A DNA stretch of 64,000 nucleotides, taken from NCBI GenBank assembly GCA_010093815.1, contig ML996569.1; one strand, written 5' to 3'. Origin of the DNA: Pseudovirgaria hyperparasitica. Its lineage: Eukaryota. Position numbers and translations under genes: made by a program. Below the pieces are notes generated by a model that was given only the letters and a program-made list of their open reading frames with translations, ran no database searches and was not told where the DNA came from. Positions 35,001-48,766 of this stretch are shown here, piece after piece. Position 1 is the first letter of the stretch. Every line of letters begins with the position of its first letter.

Positions 35001-38000
35001 TCCAAGCCCAGCGAGCACCTCACTGAGCGCCTGTGCCGAACCCAATCGATCTCCAGCGCCAGTGTCTGATTTGAGAGTTGCCATCAAGCTGGGTATCAAG
35101 TCCGGTAAGGCATCTTCGCCAAGCTTTTCGATAAGTGAGCCGAGAGCTTTGGAGGCCGTAGCTCGTGTGGTCGGCACTGGATCAACGATTGCAGTCTTGA
35201 GTCCAGCAACAAGGATTGGCAAGTGAGCAGTCAGGTCTTTGCGCTCTGTTAGGTGAGCCAGACTTCCAATGATTTGACTCGACTTTCGTTTAGTGGCAGA
35301 CCTATCACCAAGCCCACGTTCCAAAATCCTGACGACAAGTGCAAGCGATGGAGCGTCTAGATAATGGACGAATGACACCTTTATCAAGGCATCCAGCGCG
35401 TCATCAGTGTGTTTGGTAGGATCACTAAGAGCCTTCAGAAGAACATTGACTGTACTCTTGATCTCAGGGTTACTGATTACCTCACCAAAGCGTTGCAAGC
35501 TTCTATTTGCAGAGGCCCTGACTTCTTTATGACTGTCCGTCAAGACTTGAGTCAACGGTGGAATTATCTCTGGTAGGCTCAGGGCAAGTTGCTCAGGGTC
35601 CAGATACGCCATGGCCCCCAGCGAATCGCAAGCTCCCTTCTTACTGCGCCATTGTTGATCATCGAGGCCCTCGAGAAGAGTGGGAAGTACTTGCTTGACA
35701 CCGAATGAACTCAGGGTCGAGAAGCATACCTTCGCCGCGTCTAGACAGGCTTCTCTAACGTCAGCACTACTGTCGCCAAATCCAACCAGAAGTTGAGGGA
35801 CCAGCTGAATAACATATGGTTCAAAAACTCGTCCAAGTACTAATGAGAGCAATTCGTATGCCAGAAAAGCTCCTTGTCGTTGGTTTGCTTCTTTCTTGTT
35901 TTCTGTAGCACCCTTCAACGTTACGAGAAGGCGATATTCACGAAAAGCAATGATTCCTTTGCCACTGACGATACCAGCGAGACCGTAAGCAGCACCTCGA
36001 CGTTCCGCGTACTTTTTCGAATTGAGTAGTTTATCCATCATCTGCTGAACATATGCTGAAGTTTCCTGGCTACTCGCTTGCACCAATGGCGGCAGACACT
36101 CTGCCACTGCGTATTGGACAGTTTCAGATGGCGTACTGAGAGTGTCTAGAAGACGTTGAACTACCTTTGGTACCCGATTGTCTCCTGCCTTCAAGTGTCG
36201 AGCCAGAGCACCATAGAGAATGATGACTGCCTCGTTGACCATGTCATAGTCTGCAGAGCCTCTATCTGGTCCTTCCAGGGCTTGCTCGAAAAGCTGCATG
36301 AGCTTTTCGACATGCGTTTTACCTTTCGAGGCAATGATCGCCGTACAAGCCTCGATCATACCATCTCTGACTGTTGCGTTACGATCACCAAGTGGCCCAG
36401 CTTGGACCATGAACTCTATAGTGCTAATGACGCGAGACTCGACATATAGAGGTGCGAGTTCCCTGTAGGTGTGAGCAATGCCGTCTCGGGCCTCCCATAG
36501 GTCAGTAAGATTGGTCTTCTTGACGAGGCCATACTCGTCTCGCTCTGGCTCGCGAGGTTTCGCCTTTTCTTTGTAGATTGCCTCCATACTGGCCGTAATA
36601 GTTTGAAAGATGGTAGGATGAAGTCGTATAATTTCAGCAGTAGACCGAGCAGCAGCTCTACGTAGTTGCTTGTCACTAGACTCGAGGTAAGGCAAGATTT
36701 CCGTAGCGGACTCTGGTCGGACTGTGAAGCCACTGTCTTCCCAAATGGTCTGTGCGATCTCGACGTTCTCGGCAACATCATCGTGGCAAGCAAGCCATAT
36801 CTCTTGGAGGAATGTCAAGTCGCTTAGATCAATCTCTGCATCGATAGCTTGCAAAACAGATGATCTAACCGAGATCTGAGGAACGATTGTTCCTTTCACC
36901 AGTGTAGAGATCTCCTCAACGGTTATGTTGGCCGCCAAGCTCCTGCAGAGATCGATCAGCAGGTCTTTGACAAGCTTGTAATGTTGGGTATATCTTTGCA
37001 TAGTGGAGATCAGAAGTGCAAGCAGTCGCTGACGAGGTAGTCTATCATCCGAACACGCATCCGTATGCATCGATATGAATTCAAGCGAGAGAACGATCTG
37101 CTCGTCCGCCTCATCTACGGAGGTCTTGGAGATTCCACCTCGCTCCAAAACCAGGAACAGAAGCGGGAAGATGTACATGAGCGATGCAGAGTCGAACGAT
37201 CTTTGTTCGCCGAGGAACCGAAGTCTGTAGAGTATACGGGTTACCATGTCGCCAAGATCTTCTGCTTGTAATTCTTCTGGGAGATTTGAGTTTCCAATGG
37301 CGCGTAATGTTGCGATACCAATAAAAGGCCTCAAAGTACCAATTCTTGAAGATATACGTTCGGAACATTTGATATAAGCGTCTGCTGGTGCGTGACCGAG
37401 TAGAAGACCTGCACCATTGCTGATTGCCTGCAAGAGGAGCTGCAAAGATTGTCTGAGCCAAATATCAGAATCAGTCGGAGGCCCAGAAGCAAGGCTTGCA
37501 ACAATCCCTACCCCACGCCGTAATCTTGATTCGATCTGTGCTATTTCACTACGAATCGTTGATTCCTTTGCAAGCTGCGCTTTCAGTTTTGCCTGCTCGT
37601 CCGCGGTGAGCTTTCTCGTTTGCCCCTTCTTCTCGGCTAGTTGAGCTCGAAGGTCTTCTTCCCATTTGAGAGTGTCGTAATCTTTTGCGGTCTTTTGCAG
37701 GCTCTGCGCCGGACCCTTGTTCGCAAGAACGTCGACAAAAGCTGTTCCTTCGGGAGTTCGAAAAATGGCCGCTTCCGTGGGACCAACATTCTCCAGCTGG
37801 CTGGGATCAAGATCAGTCGCGATCTGTTGCAGAATAATTGGTATCGCTGTATCGGGTGCAACAAAGGCCAAGTCCGCAGCCGCGTTTCCAGCAGCTAATT
37901 GGACCTTGGGCAGATTCCGGTTTAGAGGATCCTATTGATATTCAGTGTGACACCTAGATAGGGACAGGGTTTCTTACCTCAGTAACCTTGATGATATTCT

Positions 38001-40228
38001 GAACAAGTTCGACACAGCTCGCTTTTACCAATGCTCCTGGGTCGTTACCAGTCCGCAGACACAAGTCAATCCAAGACACACGAGGGATGAGTTCAGGCCG
38101 AGCCAGTATGAGTAGATCTCGAAGTTGAGGTCCGATGATCGTTTGATCGTAGTTTTTATTCAGCGTCTTCGCTTCTTCTGGTCGCATGCATATCGATGAA
38201 ACAGCATGCTGAAGCTGATCGTTCCCAGTTTTTGCCGCCAATGCTGCAGTATCCTTTTCATTCAGCTCTGCTCTCCGGTACCAGTTCCATAGACCGTCAA
38301 TTATGATGTTTGCGATAGGCATAGGTTGTTGAGAGTATACCAAAGACAGCCCCCGAACGGCTTCTTGACGCACCTCACTGGGCAGACTGCTTGCGGTCAG
38401 ACAGTAGATAAAGGCCTGTGACCACGCATCTCCTAAACCACTGTCTGTGCTTGCTTCAGCTACAGGCGATGCAACAGATGCCAGCGCACGAATCAACCAT
38501 ACAAGATCACACGAGCCCGTCAGCTTTGTGTAGACACGATTATTCAAGAGGAATGATGGCTTCGGTTCGGCCACGAGAAGTGTCTTGATTGCCGACACTT
38601 TGCTCTTTAATGCATCTATTTTGTCGTCACTGACCTCGGCTAGACGGGACATGCAAAGGGAGGTAAGTATGTAGCCTAGAACCACAAGGCCATTCTGCGC
38701 AGCCGGGACTGCGTTTGTTTGTATGTCATTCCAAGAATCGATGAATGCGCTAAGAGGGGCACGACAGAAGTCCAGAGTATTTGCCTCGTGCGATGGGACC
38801 TTCCAAATGATCTCCCCAAAGCGTAGCGCCCACACTCTTCTTATGGGTAACTTCTTATCAGTGATGCCTTTAGCAAACGCTTGCGAAACCGTGCTTTCAA
38901 CATTTGCACCAGCCACGAGTATTTCCGTCACGTGCTTGGCAATAGCGTTCACTTCGGCGTTAGCCGCTTGTTCGCTGCTTTCTTTTAGTGCGACTTGAGC
39001 GAGCGCTGTTGCTATTTGCGGAAGCGGTGCATCGTGTCCTTTGAGAGCAGCCAGCATCTGGGCGTGAATTACTTTTTGCTCAGCCCCTGGGACTTTCCCT
39101 TGCTTGAGCGGAGCGAGTAGTTCCTCTGCAACCTTTTCAATTGTCTGCTGCGTGTGGGAACGGGTGGCAAGAGCCTGGAAGGTGTTGGAAGCGCCTATTC
39201 GGATGATTGCGCTCGTGGACTTGATGTTCGACAGGAGAGGCTTGAGAAGACTGTTTAAGAGTATATCCGATAAATCCATCTCTAATGGTAGCGAATTGAC
39301 GAGGGTCGCTAACATATCATTCAAGACAACTTCCGGTGCTCGTAGAAGAGCCTTTTCTATGGCGGGAATAAGCTCTTTCTGTAGATCCCCAATTCCCGCG
39401 AACGTGTGAAAGAAATCATGCATGCCATTAGTGATGTGCTGCGGAAGGGCCGTCTTGGAACCCAAGATTTCGCGTGCGTAGAATGCATAGTAATCCTTCT
39501 TCACATCTTGAATGGAGGGCGCAATGGATGTTAATCTTGCACATACACCAGCAATCACACCCAACGCAACAGCATTCTTAGCTTTAGAATTCGCGCCTTT
39601 CGCTGATAGTGTAGAGACGAGTACTTTAAGCACTTGCGGAGGGTCGTGTGCCGCCTTGAAGATAGTTCTAAATGCACGGCGCGTTATCACCAAAGCAGAT
39701 TGCTTCATAGTCGCCTTCGCATCAGTCGACATGCAGACTTCTAGAATTATAGCATCTGCACCGACAATCCTGAGACCGTACTTGTCCCATCGTTCCTGGC
39801 TCTTACTGATCGCAACCAACACAGTGGTACACCATTCCAGCAGCACAAACGCATTCGAAGGGGCCACGCTAGTCTTGGGCGCCTCGGTCTCGAGTAATCT
39901 CACGAATATATTCAATGCGCCGTCTGCGTATTCTCCAGATATAGCTTTTCTCAGACTATTCTGTACAGCTCGACGTGACGGTCGGTCGGCATATCGGGGG
40001 TATGTATCGAACAGTAATGGGACAAGGTGTTGCAGAGTAGCTGGCGAGAGATCTGGTGAATGAGTAGTAAGTTATGTGTACTTTATCCGCAGTACACTAC
40101 GACATACCCTCCGCTACAAGCTGTTGACTGATTGTGTCGAGTGCGGCTAATCTACGTTTTGTAGAACCACTGAGCAATGCCTTCCGGATATCCTCGGCGG
40201 AGGTATCGGATTCTTTGACCTCCGCCAT
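32056..40228 (-). CDS. GCN1: Translational activator Gcn1 (HEAT-repeat eIF2-alpha kinase activator)
   Basis: ~2700-aa HEAT protein with LSTPSETVQYAVAECL, AERRGAAYGLAG, WRSKKGAC..LGAMAY, DAPSLALV, PFVTQITGPLIRV, PFLPQLQRTF. Introns ~40107-40053, ~37976-37932, ~32663-32615. Confidence 0.97.
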
Positions 40229-40478
40229 GTTTTGTAAATTGACATGGAATAAGTTTTTGGTGTGCAAACGAGTATTGCTCTCTGGCTGTGGAGCTCTCGT
40301 TGTGGACCCCTCAGTGCTCGCGAATTTCATCCATGCCAAGATTTCCGCCGAACTAGCAGCTGCCCCAATTCGGTCATCGCTCATTCTTATCAGACACGTA
40401 TAAGTCACTTCCAATCTCTCGCTTTCATTTTCGCTGCACGATTTGTTCTTTTCCCGTCCTTACAGCTCCTAGTTTTCA

Positions 40479-43400
40479 ATGGCTGCGAAGAAAAAGAAAA
40501 AAGCAGCCTCAAATCCTGCCAGAGGCTTCGCAACAACGTCAATAGCTAGCAAGATAAAAGCTGATGGCAACACAGAATCATCCAATATCTCCGAAGCTGG
40601 AGACGCGCAGCCCGCGGCTCCAACAGAGGCTATTGAGAAACATGACCCTGCTGTTGTGAAAGGCCACGAGAAGGATCTTGCGGAGCTGACCCCAGAGGAG
40701 CTTGAGATACAGCTTGAATACAGCGAATTTCAACTTCTTGTAGAGAAGCTCTCCCCAAAAGCCGTCCGGGACACAGCCAGGACACTTTCGCGCATCAAAA
40801 CAGAGCGACGTGTTCTTCTATCCAATAGCCAGATTCTTTCGACCAAAGACTGGCTCGAGGATGAAGATGTGGATCATCTAATGAACTTGAAATTTGTTCC
40901 AAGCGTAGAACCAAATCCTTCGCCGACTGTACCAAGGTCTATCTTCAAGACTGCTGCAACTGAGGATCTGCTGTTGAAGCTTTGGACCCTCCAACAGATC
41001 CTCCTTGGTCTATACTTTCCTTCGAGTAGAGTAACCGAGGCACTGCTTTGGATCTGTCAGACAGCACCTTGTGTAATTCCTGAGGGTCTGCCTTGGGGTG
41101 TGCAAGAATGTCTCGACTGGCTGACTGTTAATTGTACCACTGAGGAGCTTCGTGATTTTGAATTTATGCAGAGACACAACAGTCGCGCAAATACTACCTT
41201 AACCTCTCCTGGTAAGTGTGTCGATTGTAAATATCCTCTTCTTTTTCATCTAATTGTTGCCATTCCGGTATGATTCTCCCCTGTATGAATCTACCCACGC
41301 GTATGACTATCAAGAGCGAATCGTGAGCCTGAGACGTTTTAACGCACTAGCGAAACGGCAGTTTTGAGTTTCTTTCCTATGTAGCTAACTCTGAGCAGAT
41401 AAAACGTTACGATCTGGATCAAGCATCAGATCTAATCTGTCGCATAAAGCTGCCGTAGTAGAACCCCCTTCACAACATGCTCCTGTGGTGGACATTGCAC
41501 CATTTGAACCGGACGACAATGTCTCTGACCTTGATAGCGATATGGAACCCGATGACATGATCTCAGCATATCTGAAGGTAAAATCAAAACTCTTTGAGGC
41601 CGCTCCTGCCAGCTTTGCTCGTAAAGGACGTGGACCGCAGGACAAGAAGGAGGTGAACATTAACTCCAGTCTTCGTATGCGTAAGTTGAACCGCCAGCTT
41701 GAGCAACTAGAGAAGGACGTATTGTTCGATCAGAGTTTGGCCGACGAGAGATGGCATGCCCAAAAAGTCAAACTTGCGCAAGAAAACGCGGCGAAAAAAC
41801 GACTAGGAATTGATAGTTCCAATAGCAGGAAGCGCGATTCTAATAACCTGTCCAAGATGATAAATCCCGCCATGAAGATGACATTGGATTCTGACAAAGT
41901 TAATGGTGGTTCCGATGTGGATGGAGACGAAGATTTACTTGGTGCCATGTTTACAGAGCCCGAGAATGGGGGACATCAAGCGACCACCAATATAGCCACG
42001 GGCGACACGAGTATAAAAATACGTCACTTTGCGGAAGCTAAAGGTCTCAGCCCAAGACGCATCGTAGAAGAGACTCTAAAAGCAATGTAAGTCGTGTGCA
42101 TCGATCCCTGGTCGTTGAATGCTGATATGCGAAGGCTTGTTGGCGCAAAGGCAACGTGGAAACATATCTCTCCTACAACGTATTCCAGTCGGCACTCTGT
42201 TTCAATACACTTTTCGAATCCCCCAGAAGCTGAAAGACTGCCGTCAATACCTGGACTCGACATATTTTGGATCAAATCCAGAACGCTGCGATTGGACATG
42301 GTCGATATCGCCACAGATTCCGAAAAGCAGAGCGAGTCTTTCGTCGCTACGACAGCGCTCTTTGTAGTGTGCAACTATTTACCAGGTGATGATAAAGCTT
42401 ATCTACGTCTGCCATCGGTCTGGCGAGACCTTTACAAAGAATTTGCCGAAGCGAAGAAAGAGCAAACTGATGCTGAGGCACGGAAAACTTTGAAAGAACT
42501 TCGGATTCTGATCGATGAACAGAGAGACTACGATGAAGATGAAGACGTAGTGCTAACACATAACTTTCTCAAGCGCGCTAAAGAACGTGAGCAGCAGACA
42601 TCTGACTCTGATTCTGAGCGAGGAGAGTATCGGCCTACAAAAGACCCTGAGAAAGTGAAAGCATTATGGCAGAACAAGATCTCGACATCTACATATCAGC
42701 GGATGCTTCTTGGAAGAATGCAGCTGCCCATGTACCAGTTCAAGCATGCTGCTTTATCGGCTATCGAAAATCACCAAGTCATAATCCTTTGCGGAGAGAC
42801 CGGGTGTGGTAAAAGCACACAGCTACCGGCCTACATACTGGAGCACCAGCTGTCGAACGGCCGGCCCTGTAAGATATATTGTACAGAGCCGCGTCGAATA
42901 TCGGCCATTTCCCTGGCTCAACGCGTATCTGAAGAACTGGGTGAGCCAAAGAATGCGGCTGGGACACACTCGTCTCTCGTGGGCTATGCTATCAGGCTAG
43001 AGTCGCACATTAGCACTGAGACTCGACTTGTCTATGCTACAGTCGGAATTGTACTGCGTATGCTCGAATCTCCTCGTGGATTGAACGACATAACGCACTT
43101 GGTCATTGACGAAGTCCACGAGCGTAGCATCGATACAGACTTCCTGCTCATTGTGCTTCGTGGCCTAATGGAACGACGCCCTGATTTGAGAGTAATCCTT
43201 ATGAGTGCTACAGTTGATGCGCAGACATTCTCACGATATCTAGGGGACGCTCCTATCCTCAATGTGCCCGGGCGAACGTTTCCTGTCAACACTCGATACT
43301 TAGAAGATGCTATCGAGTTTACTCATTACAAGAAAAAGAATGACGACGCAGGTAGGGAGGGATCTTCGAGCGACGATGATGATCCCGGCACAGAATCAAT

Positions 43401-45159
43401 GTCCGGCATACCGAAGAACCTCCAAGGCTATAGCATCGCAACGCGGAATTCTCTTCAAGAATATGACGAATACCGTGTGGACTACAATCTCATCATGAAC
43501 CTAATCACGAAGATCACGAATGATGCGTCTACAACCCATTTCAGCAAAGCTTTCCTGGTCTTTCTGCCCGGTATCGCAGAAATACGCACATTAAATGACG
43601 TAATTCTCAACAACTCTGCTTTCAACGAAGACTGGTGGATTCTCCCTCTACATTCCACCATTGCTAGCGAGGATCAACAGAAAGCTTTCCTGTTCCCCCC
43701 TCCCGGTGTTCGCAAAATAGTGCTCGCGACCAACATTGCTGAAACTGGTGTTACGATTCCTGATGTTACCTGCGTCATCGATACTGGCAAGCACAAGGAA
43801 ATGCGATTCGACGAGCGCCGCCAGCTCTCTCGTCTTGTACAGTCTTTCATCTCCCGTGCAAACGCAAAGCAGCGGCGCGGCCGTGCAGGTCGTGTTCAAG
43901 AGGGTCTCTGCTTTCACCTCTTTACAAAGTACCGCCACGATGAACTGATGGCACTTCAACAGACTCCTGAAATGCTGCGTCTGAGTTTGCAGGATCTCGT
44001 TATGCGCACCAAGATATGTAAACTTGGTGCCATCGAAGCAACACTCTCAGCCGCCCTTGACCCTCCATCGACCAAGAATATCCGAAGAGCGATTGATGCT
44101 CTCGTGGAAGTCAATGCACTGACGCCGAAAGAAGATCTCACCCCTCTTGGTATACAACTTGCGAAACTTCCGCTGGACGCTCACCTAGGGAAGCTTGTAT
44201 TATACGCATGTATATTCCGCTGTGCCGATGCCGGTATTACTATTGCAGCAATACTGAGTTCAAAAAGTCCGTTCGTGATACCGTTTGGCGCACGTGAGAA
44301 AGCAAATGCGGCCAGAGTCTCCTTTAACCAAGGCGACTCCGATCTTTTGACCGAGTATGCGGCCTATCGTGCCTGGAAAACTGTCTGTCTTCAACCCGGC
44401 GCGCGAGAAGTCGAATTTTGTCGAAGGAACTGTCTTTCTGCACAGACCTTTTCTGCAATCGAAGAACTAAAAGCGCAGCTTTTCAGCTCGCTCGTCGACG
44501 CTGGATTCATTTCGCTATCAGCTGAGGAGAAGATCGGGCTCAATCGCGCACGCAACTCGCGGGCTGGATTCGGCCGCAGCAGAGCATTCGTTCCAGTGCC
44601 TTCTGCCTCTGACACACATTCAACCTGCGACGCGCTTGTTCTGAGTATGCTTGCAGTTGCGTTCCATCCGCATATACTCACACGTGCGGCAACTGCAGCA
44701 GGTGGTGGGGGCAGTGGAAAGGGGTATACATCCATCTCCTCGCCCTCGCCGATTTCTCTCAATCCAACATCCGTCCTACGTTTATCACCACCTCGAAGTC
44801 CGTATGCGTTATTGTCATATCATAGTATTTTAAGCACGTCAAGCTCAAATGCACCAGCTGCACATGGTCTGAGCCCGGTTCCCATATTACCTTTCCTGCT
44901 CTTGGCAGGCGATGCGGATTTCAAAGTGTGGGCGAAGGGTGTGGTGTTCGATGGCAATAGATTGAGGTATCGGGTAGAGAGTAGCAGGATGTGTGTTGGG
45001 TTGAAGAGGGCCAGGAAGGGTGTTAGAAATATTGTTGAGGGGAGAATGAAGAACAGCGGAAAGGGATCCGGGAGCAAAGCAGAGAGGGACTGGATCGAAT
45101 GGTTCTTGAAGATGTTTGGGGAGTATAAGGGGGATGGGAAGTGGGGCAAGAAGGTTTAG
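40479..45159 (+). CDS. DEAH-box RNA helicase, DHX29/DHX57-like
   Basis: MAAKKKKKAASNPARGFATTSIASK, GETGCGKSTQ, CTEPRRISA, VIDEVHERS, ILMSAT, VLATNIAETG, QRRGRAGRV, HA2 region. Introns 41212-41398 and ~42087-42134. Confidence 0.92.
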
Positions 45160-45509
45160 TGTTGGGTTGTATGGGGGCACTGGAAAAGAGCCATGGGTGT
45201 CCAAATGTTGACTTTCCCGAATGAGAATGAAACTTGATGTGATGACATGTTAAAAGGGAGTATACGAAAATGCATGATAAATTGGGGCCTAGATCAGCTC
45301 TAATATAGAATACACACGATCTACAATCCAATACCTGTACTACACCATCGTGTTTGACTTTGATTGCAATTTTACGTTGACTAGCAGTGCATTTCGGACG
45401 ACTGTATATGGTCCATCGTGTACGACATCTTCATGCCCCTAATGATGCTATCACAATCTACCCATGGCCTGGTTATGTAGCTTGGAAACCATTCTGGCCT
45501 ACGATAGTC

Positions 45510-47292
45510 TCATATTGAGTCTTCGAATTGCCGAACAAGCAAGCCTTGACCCTGTAGATGGTCTTTGACTTGTTTTACTGTATACTCTGCTCGATGGAAC
45601 TACAACTGTCAGCTCTAGACATTGAACGAATACCATAATCACTTACCATACCAGCACCCAAGGCTGCATCAGTAGGCGTCTTCTCAAATACTTCAGCAAC
45701 GTGTTCTGGGTTCCCAGCACCACTACTAGCAATGACTGGGATCTTGATGCAGCCTTTGACGTAGTTGATGAGTTCAAGATCAAACCCAGAATTCGTGCCA
45801 TCCTTGTCTATACAGTTCAACAGTATTTCGCCAGCTCCCATAGCTTCAACTGCGGTTACGAGTTGCTTTACATCCAGGTCTCGTCCTTCTCGTCCCCCTT
45901 TTATTGTACATTGATACCAGCAGTGACTTTCTCCATTTGGTCCGGGAAATTTGGTTAGGACAGTGTTTCGTTGCGTGACTTCAGGACTCGAGACGTAGAT
46001 CCTGCGTGGGTCTACGGATACAACTACCGCTTGATTTCCGTATGCTTTTGATATGGCCTCGATGGCTGTAGTCCCTGATAATGTCTGGCCGCGAGCAAAA
46101 TACTCCTCTGCCGCAGTCACTGCGTCTGAGCCTATACTCACTTTGTCGGCACCAGACTTGAAGTATAACGTAGCGATATCAAGAGCCGAGATCTTCGTAC
46201 CGTCCGTATCCGTTGTATCTCGTATGCCTCCGCCTATGGTCAGGGGTACAAATACAGATTCTGAAGTCCTTCGCAATATCTCGAGCATTGGTAAATCGGC
46301 GACTGGACAGTTCCTGAATGATGTAATGTTCAAGAATGTGACTTCGTCCGCTCCTTGTTCGTAGTACTTTCGCGCCATATCCACAGGCTTTCCTAGATTC
46401 CTGACTGACCCTCCTGCTGAAACGCCGTCTTTTTCTCGCACGTCATACTGATCGCCCTTGGTGACTACGAGATCGCCGTAATCGTTGGCTCGAACATCGA
46501 GACAAGCAATAACGCGACGGGTAAGGCCTTCCTTTGTTGCAGATGTCGATGGTGTGGCCTCTAATTTGTTCAATTTCTGTCCTTCGAGGAATGCTTTGAG
46601 AACACGGAGTCCAGCGACACCACTCTTCTCTGGATGGAATTGAGTCGCCATTATATTGTCCTTTACCACCGCTCCTACGAACTCTTCATTCCCATATCTT
46701 GCAGTCGCGTATTCCCAGCCATTTTCTTTTAGTCCTGGATTTGGAAACGGTGCGGCATAAGAGTGAACGTAATAATACTTGCTGTCCGGTCGCAATCCAA
46801 ATAGACTGTCTTCAGTAACAGTTCCATCAGCGGAAGTGTTTGCGGAATTCCAGCCAATGTGAGGCACGCTCTTGTCTTTGTCCTTGAATCTCTTCAATTG
46901 ACCAGGTATGACACCCAAGCCTTTCACTTCTGGTGCCTCCTCCGATCCCTCGAATAGGGCTTGCATACCCACGCATATGCCCATGAAATGCTTCCCGTCT
47001 TGTATATGTTTACGGATCGGTTCGGTGTAACCAGCTTGGGAGAGCTGCGTCATACAGTGGCCGAAATGGCCTACACCTGGAATGATCAGTTTCTATACAT
47101 GTATATTCTCAGCAATTGCACTATATAACTCTACGACTATTCCCCACTTAGTAGGTGAATTGCGCATACCTCTGCTTTAGGTACATCTGCTGGTGATTTG
47201 ACCCATTCGACTGTCCAGCCTAGCTTCTCGATGGCATTGACGAGAGAGCGAATGTTCCCCGCGACATAGTCTAGTAGGTATACAGTTGGCAT
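45510..47292 (-). CDS. HIS7: Imidazole glycerol phosphate synthase HisHF (glutamine amidotransferase:cyclase)
   Basis: [72 protein letters not shown]. Introns 47169-47093 and 45646-45600. Confidence 0.97.
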
Positions 47293-47359
47293 GTCGTATA
47301 TCAGCTATAGAAAGCTAATCGGGTTCACGGGGAACAGACAATGAAGAGTATAGCAAAGT

Positions 47360-47366
47360 TGAGTCA
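47360..47366 (-). promoter_or_regulatory. Gcn4/CpcA/CPC-1 response element TGACTCA upstream of HIS7
   Basis: ATGACTCAA on the minus strand, 68 bp upstream of the HIS7 ATG. Confidence 0.65.
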
Positions 47367-47547
47367 TGTTCGACCTTTTCTTTAGCACCCCACCCCCCTC
47401 ACTCGGCCTGCGCCATCAGATAGTTCGCACCAGCCACGGACCCACTGAAATCTTTAGCGGGGACCAGGACATCCATCTATCGCATCGCAAAAAGATCTAA
47501 TCTCGTAATTCTTCTGAGCAGCCTCTTGACTCTCCCAACAACGCACA

Positions 47548-48167
47548 ATGGTTCGGCAACTTAAACACCACGAGCAAAAACTCCTTCGCAAGGTTGATTT
47601 CCATACCTACAAATCAGACAATAATCACCGCGACGCTCTTGTTATTCGCCGCTATCAAATCCAGAAGCCCTCCGACTACCAGCAATACAACAGAATATGC
47701 GGCTCGCTCAGACAACTCGCACACAAACTATCCGCCCTCGACCCGTCGGATCCCTTCCGTCAAAAACAAGAAGAGCTGATGCTAGAGAAGCTATTCGAAA
47801 TAGGTATTCTAGGAACTGGCGGAGGTGGACGAGGAAAACTGAGCGATGTCGAGAACAAGGTCACAGTCTCCGCATTCTGTAGGAGGAGACTGGGTGTTGT
47901 CATGACACGACTGCGCATGGCGGACAATCTGAATGCAGCGATCAAATTTATCGAACAAGGGCATGTTCGTGTTGGAACCGAGGTTGTGATTGATCCGGCA
48001 TACTTGGTGACAAGGTATGTCGGATATACTGGATCATCTGGAGGCTACCACTGACGCTTTTTAGAAACATGGAGGACTTTGTGACCTGGGTGGACTCTTC
48101 GAAGATAAAGAAGAACATCATGCGATATCGTGATCAGCTCGACGACTTTGAGCTTGATGGACTTTGA
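47548..48167 (+). CDS. IMP3: U3 snoRNP protein Imp3 (S4 domain)
   Basis: [62 protein letters not shown]. Intron 48015-48064. Confidence 0.97.
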
Positions 48168-48504
48168 TATAGATGATTACAGCCTTACTTATGGTTCCCC
48201 GTTAGTCCTCCGTAGCATGCTTTTAGGGCAAAAGGCTGGCTTTGGCTTCATTTCTGCATAGCGTTGGAGTATTACGACTACTTTTTAACTGGTTAAAACC
48301 TTTATCGATTGTGAGATCAGCTCGACGACTTTGAGCTTGATGGACTTTGATATAGATGATTATAGCCTTACTTATGGTTCCCCGTTAGTCCTCCGTAGCA
48401 TGCTTTTAGGGTAAAAGGCTGGCTTTGGCTTCATTTCTGCATAGCGTTGGAGTATTACGACTACTTTTTAACTGGTTAAAACCTTTATCGATTGTGAGAT
48501 CAGC
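48132..48504 (+). repeat. 183-bp direct tandem duplication of the IMP3 3' end
   Basis: 48132-48314 vs 48315-48497 are identical except at two positions. GATCAGC occurs at 48132, 48315 and 48498. Confidence 0.97.
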
Positions 48505-48766
48505 CTACAGAGATATCTCTCAGCATGAACAAAATTGCAAGCACCAATGATGCCGAACGTATAATTGTCCTCTGTAGAACTATGCTGCGACAAACATCCT
48601 CATTTAAATTCATACAGTCTGATCTTGATGCTAATTTATCGGCACTTTCAAACGCCGACAATTTTTTGTTCAGCCCTAAACCTTGGCAGACTGAAACTTT
48701 CCCCACGCAAAAGTCACAGAAGCGCAACCTTCACATCAAAGGCAAATTCCTTAGTCTTTCCATATA

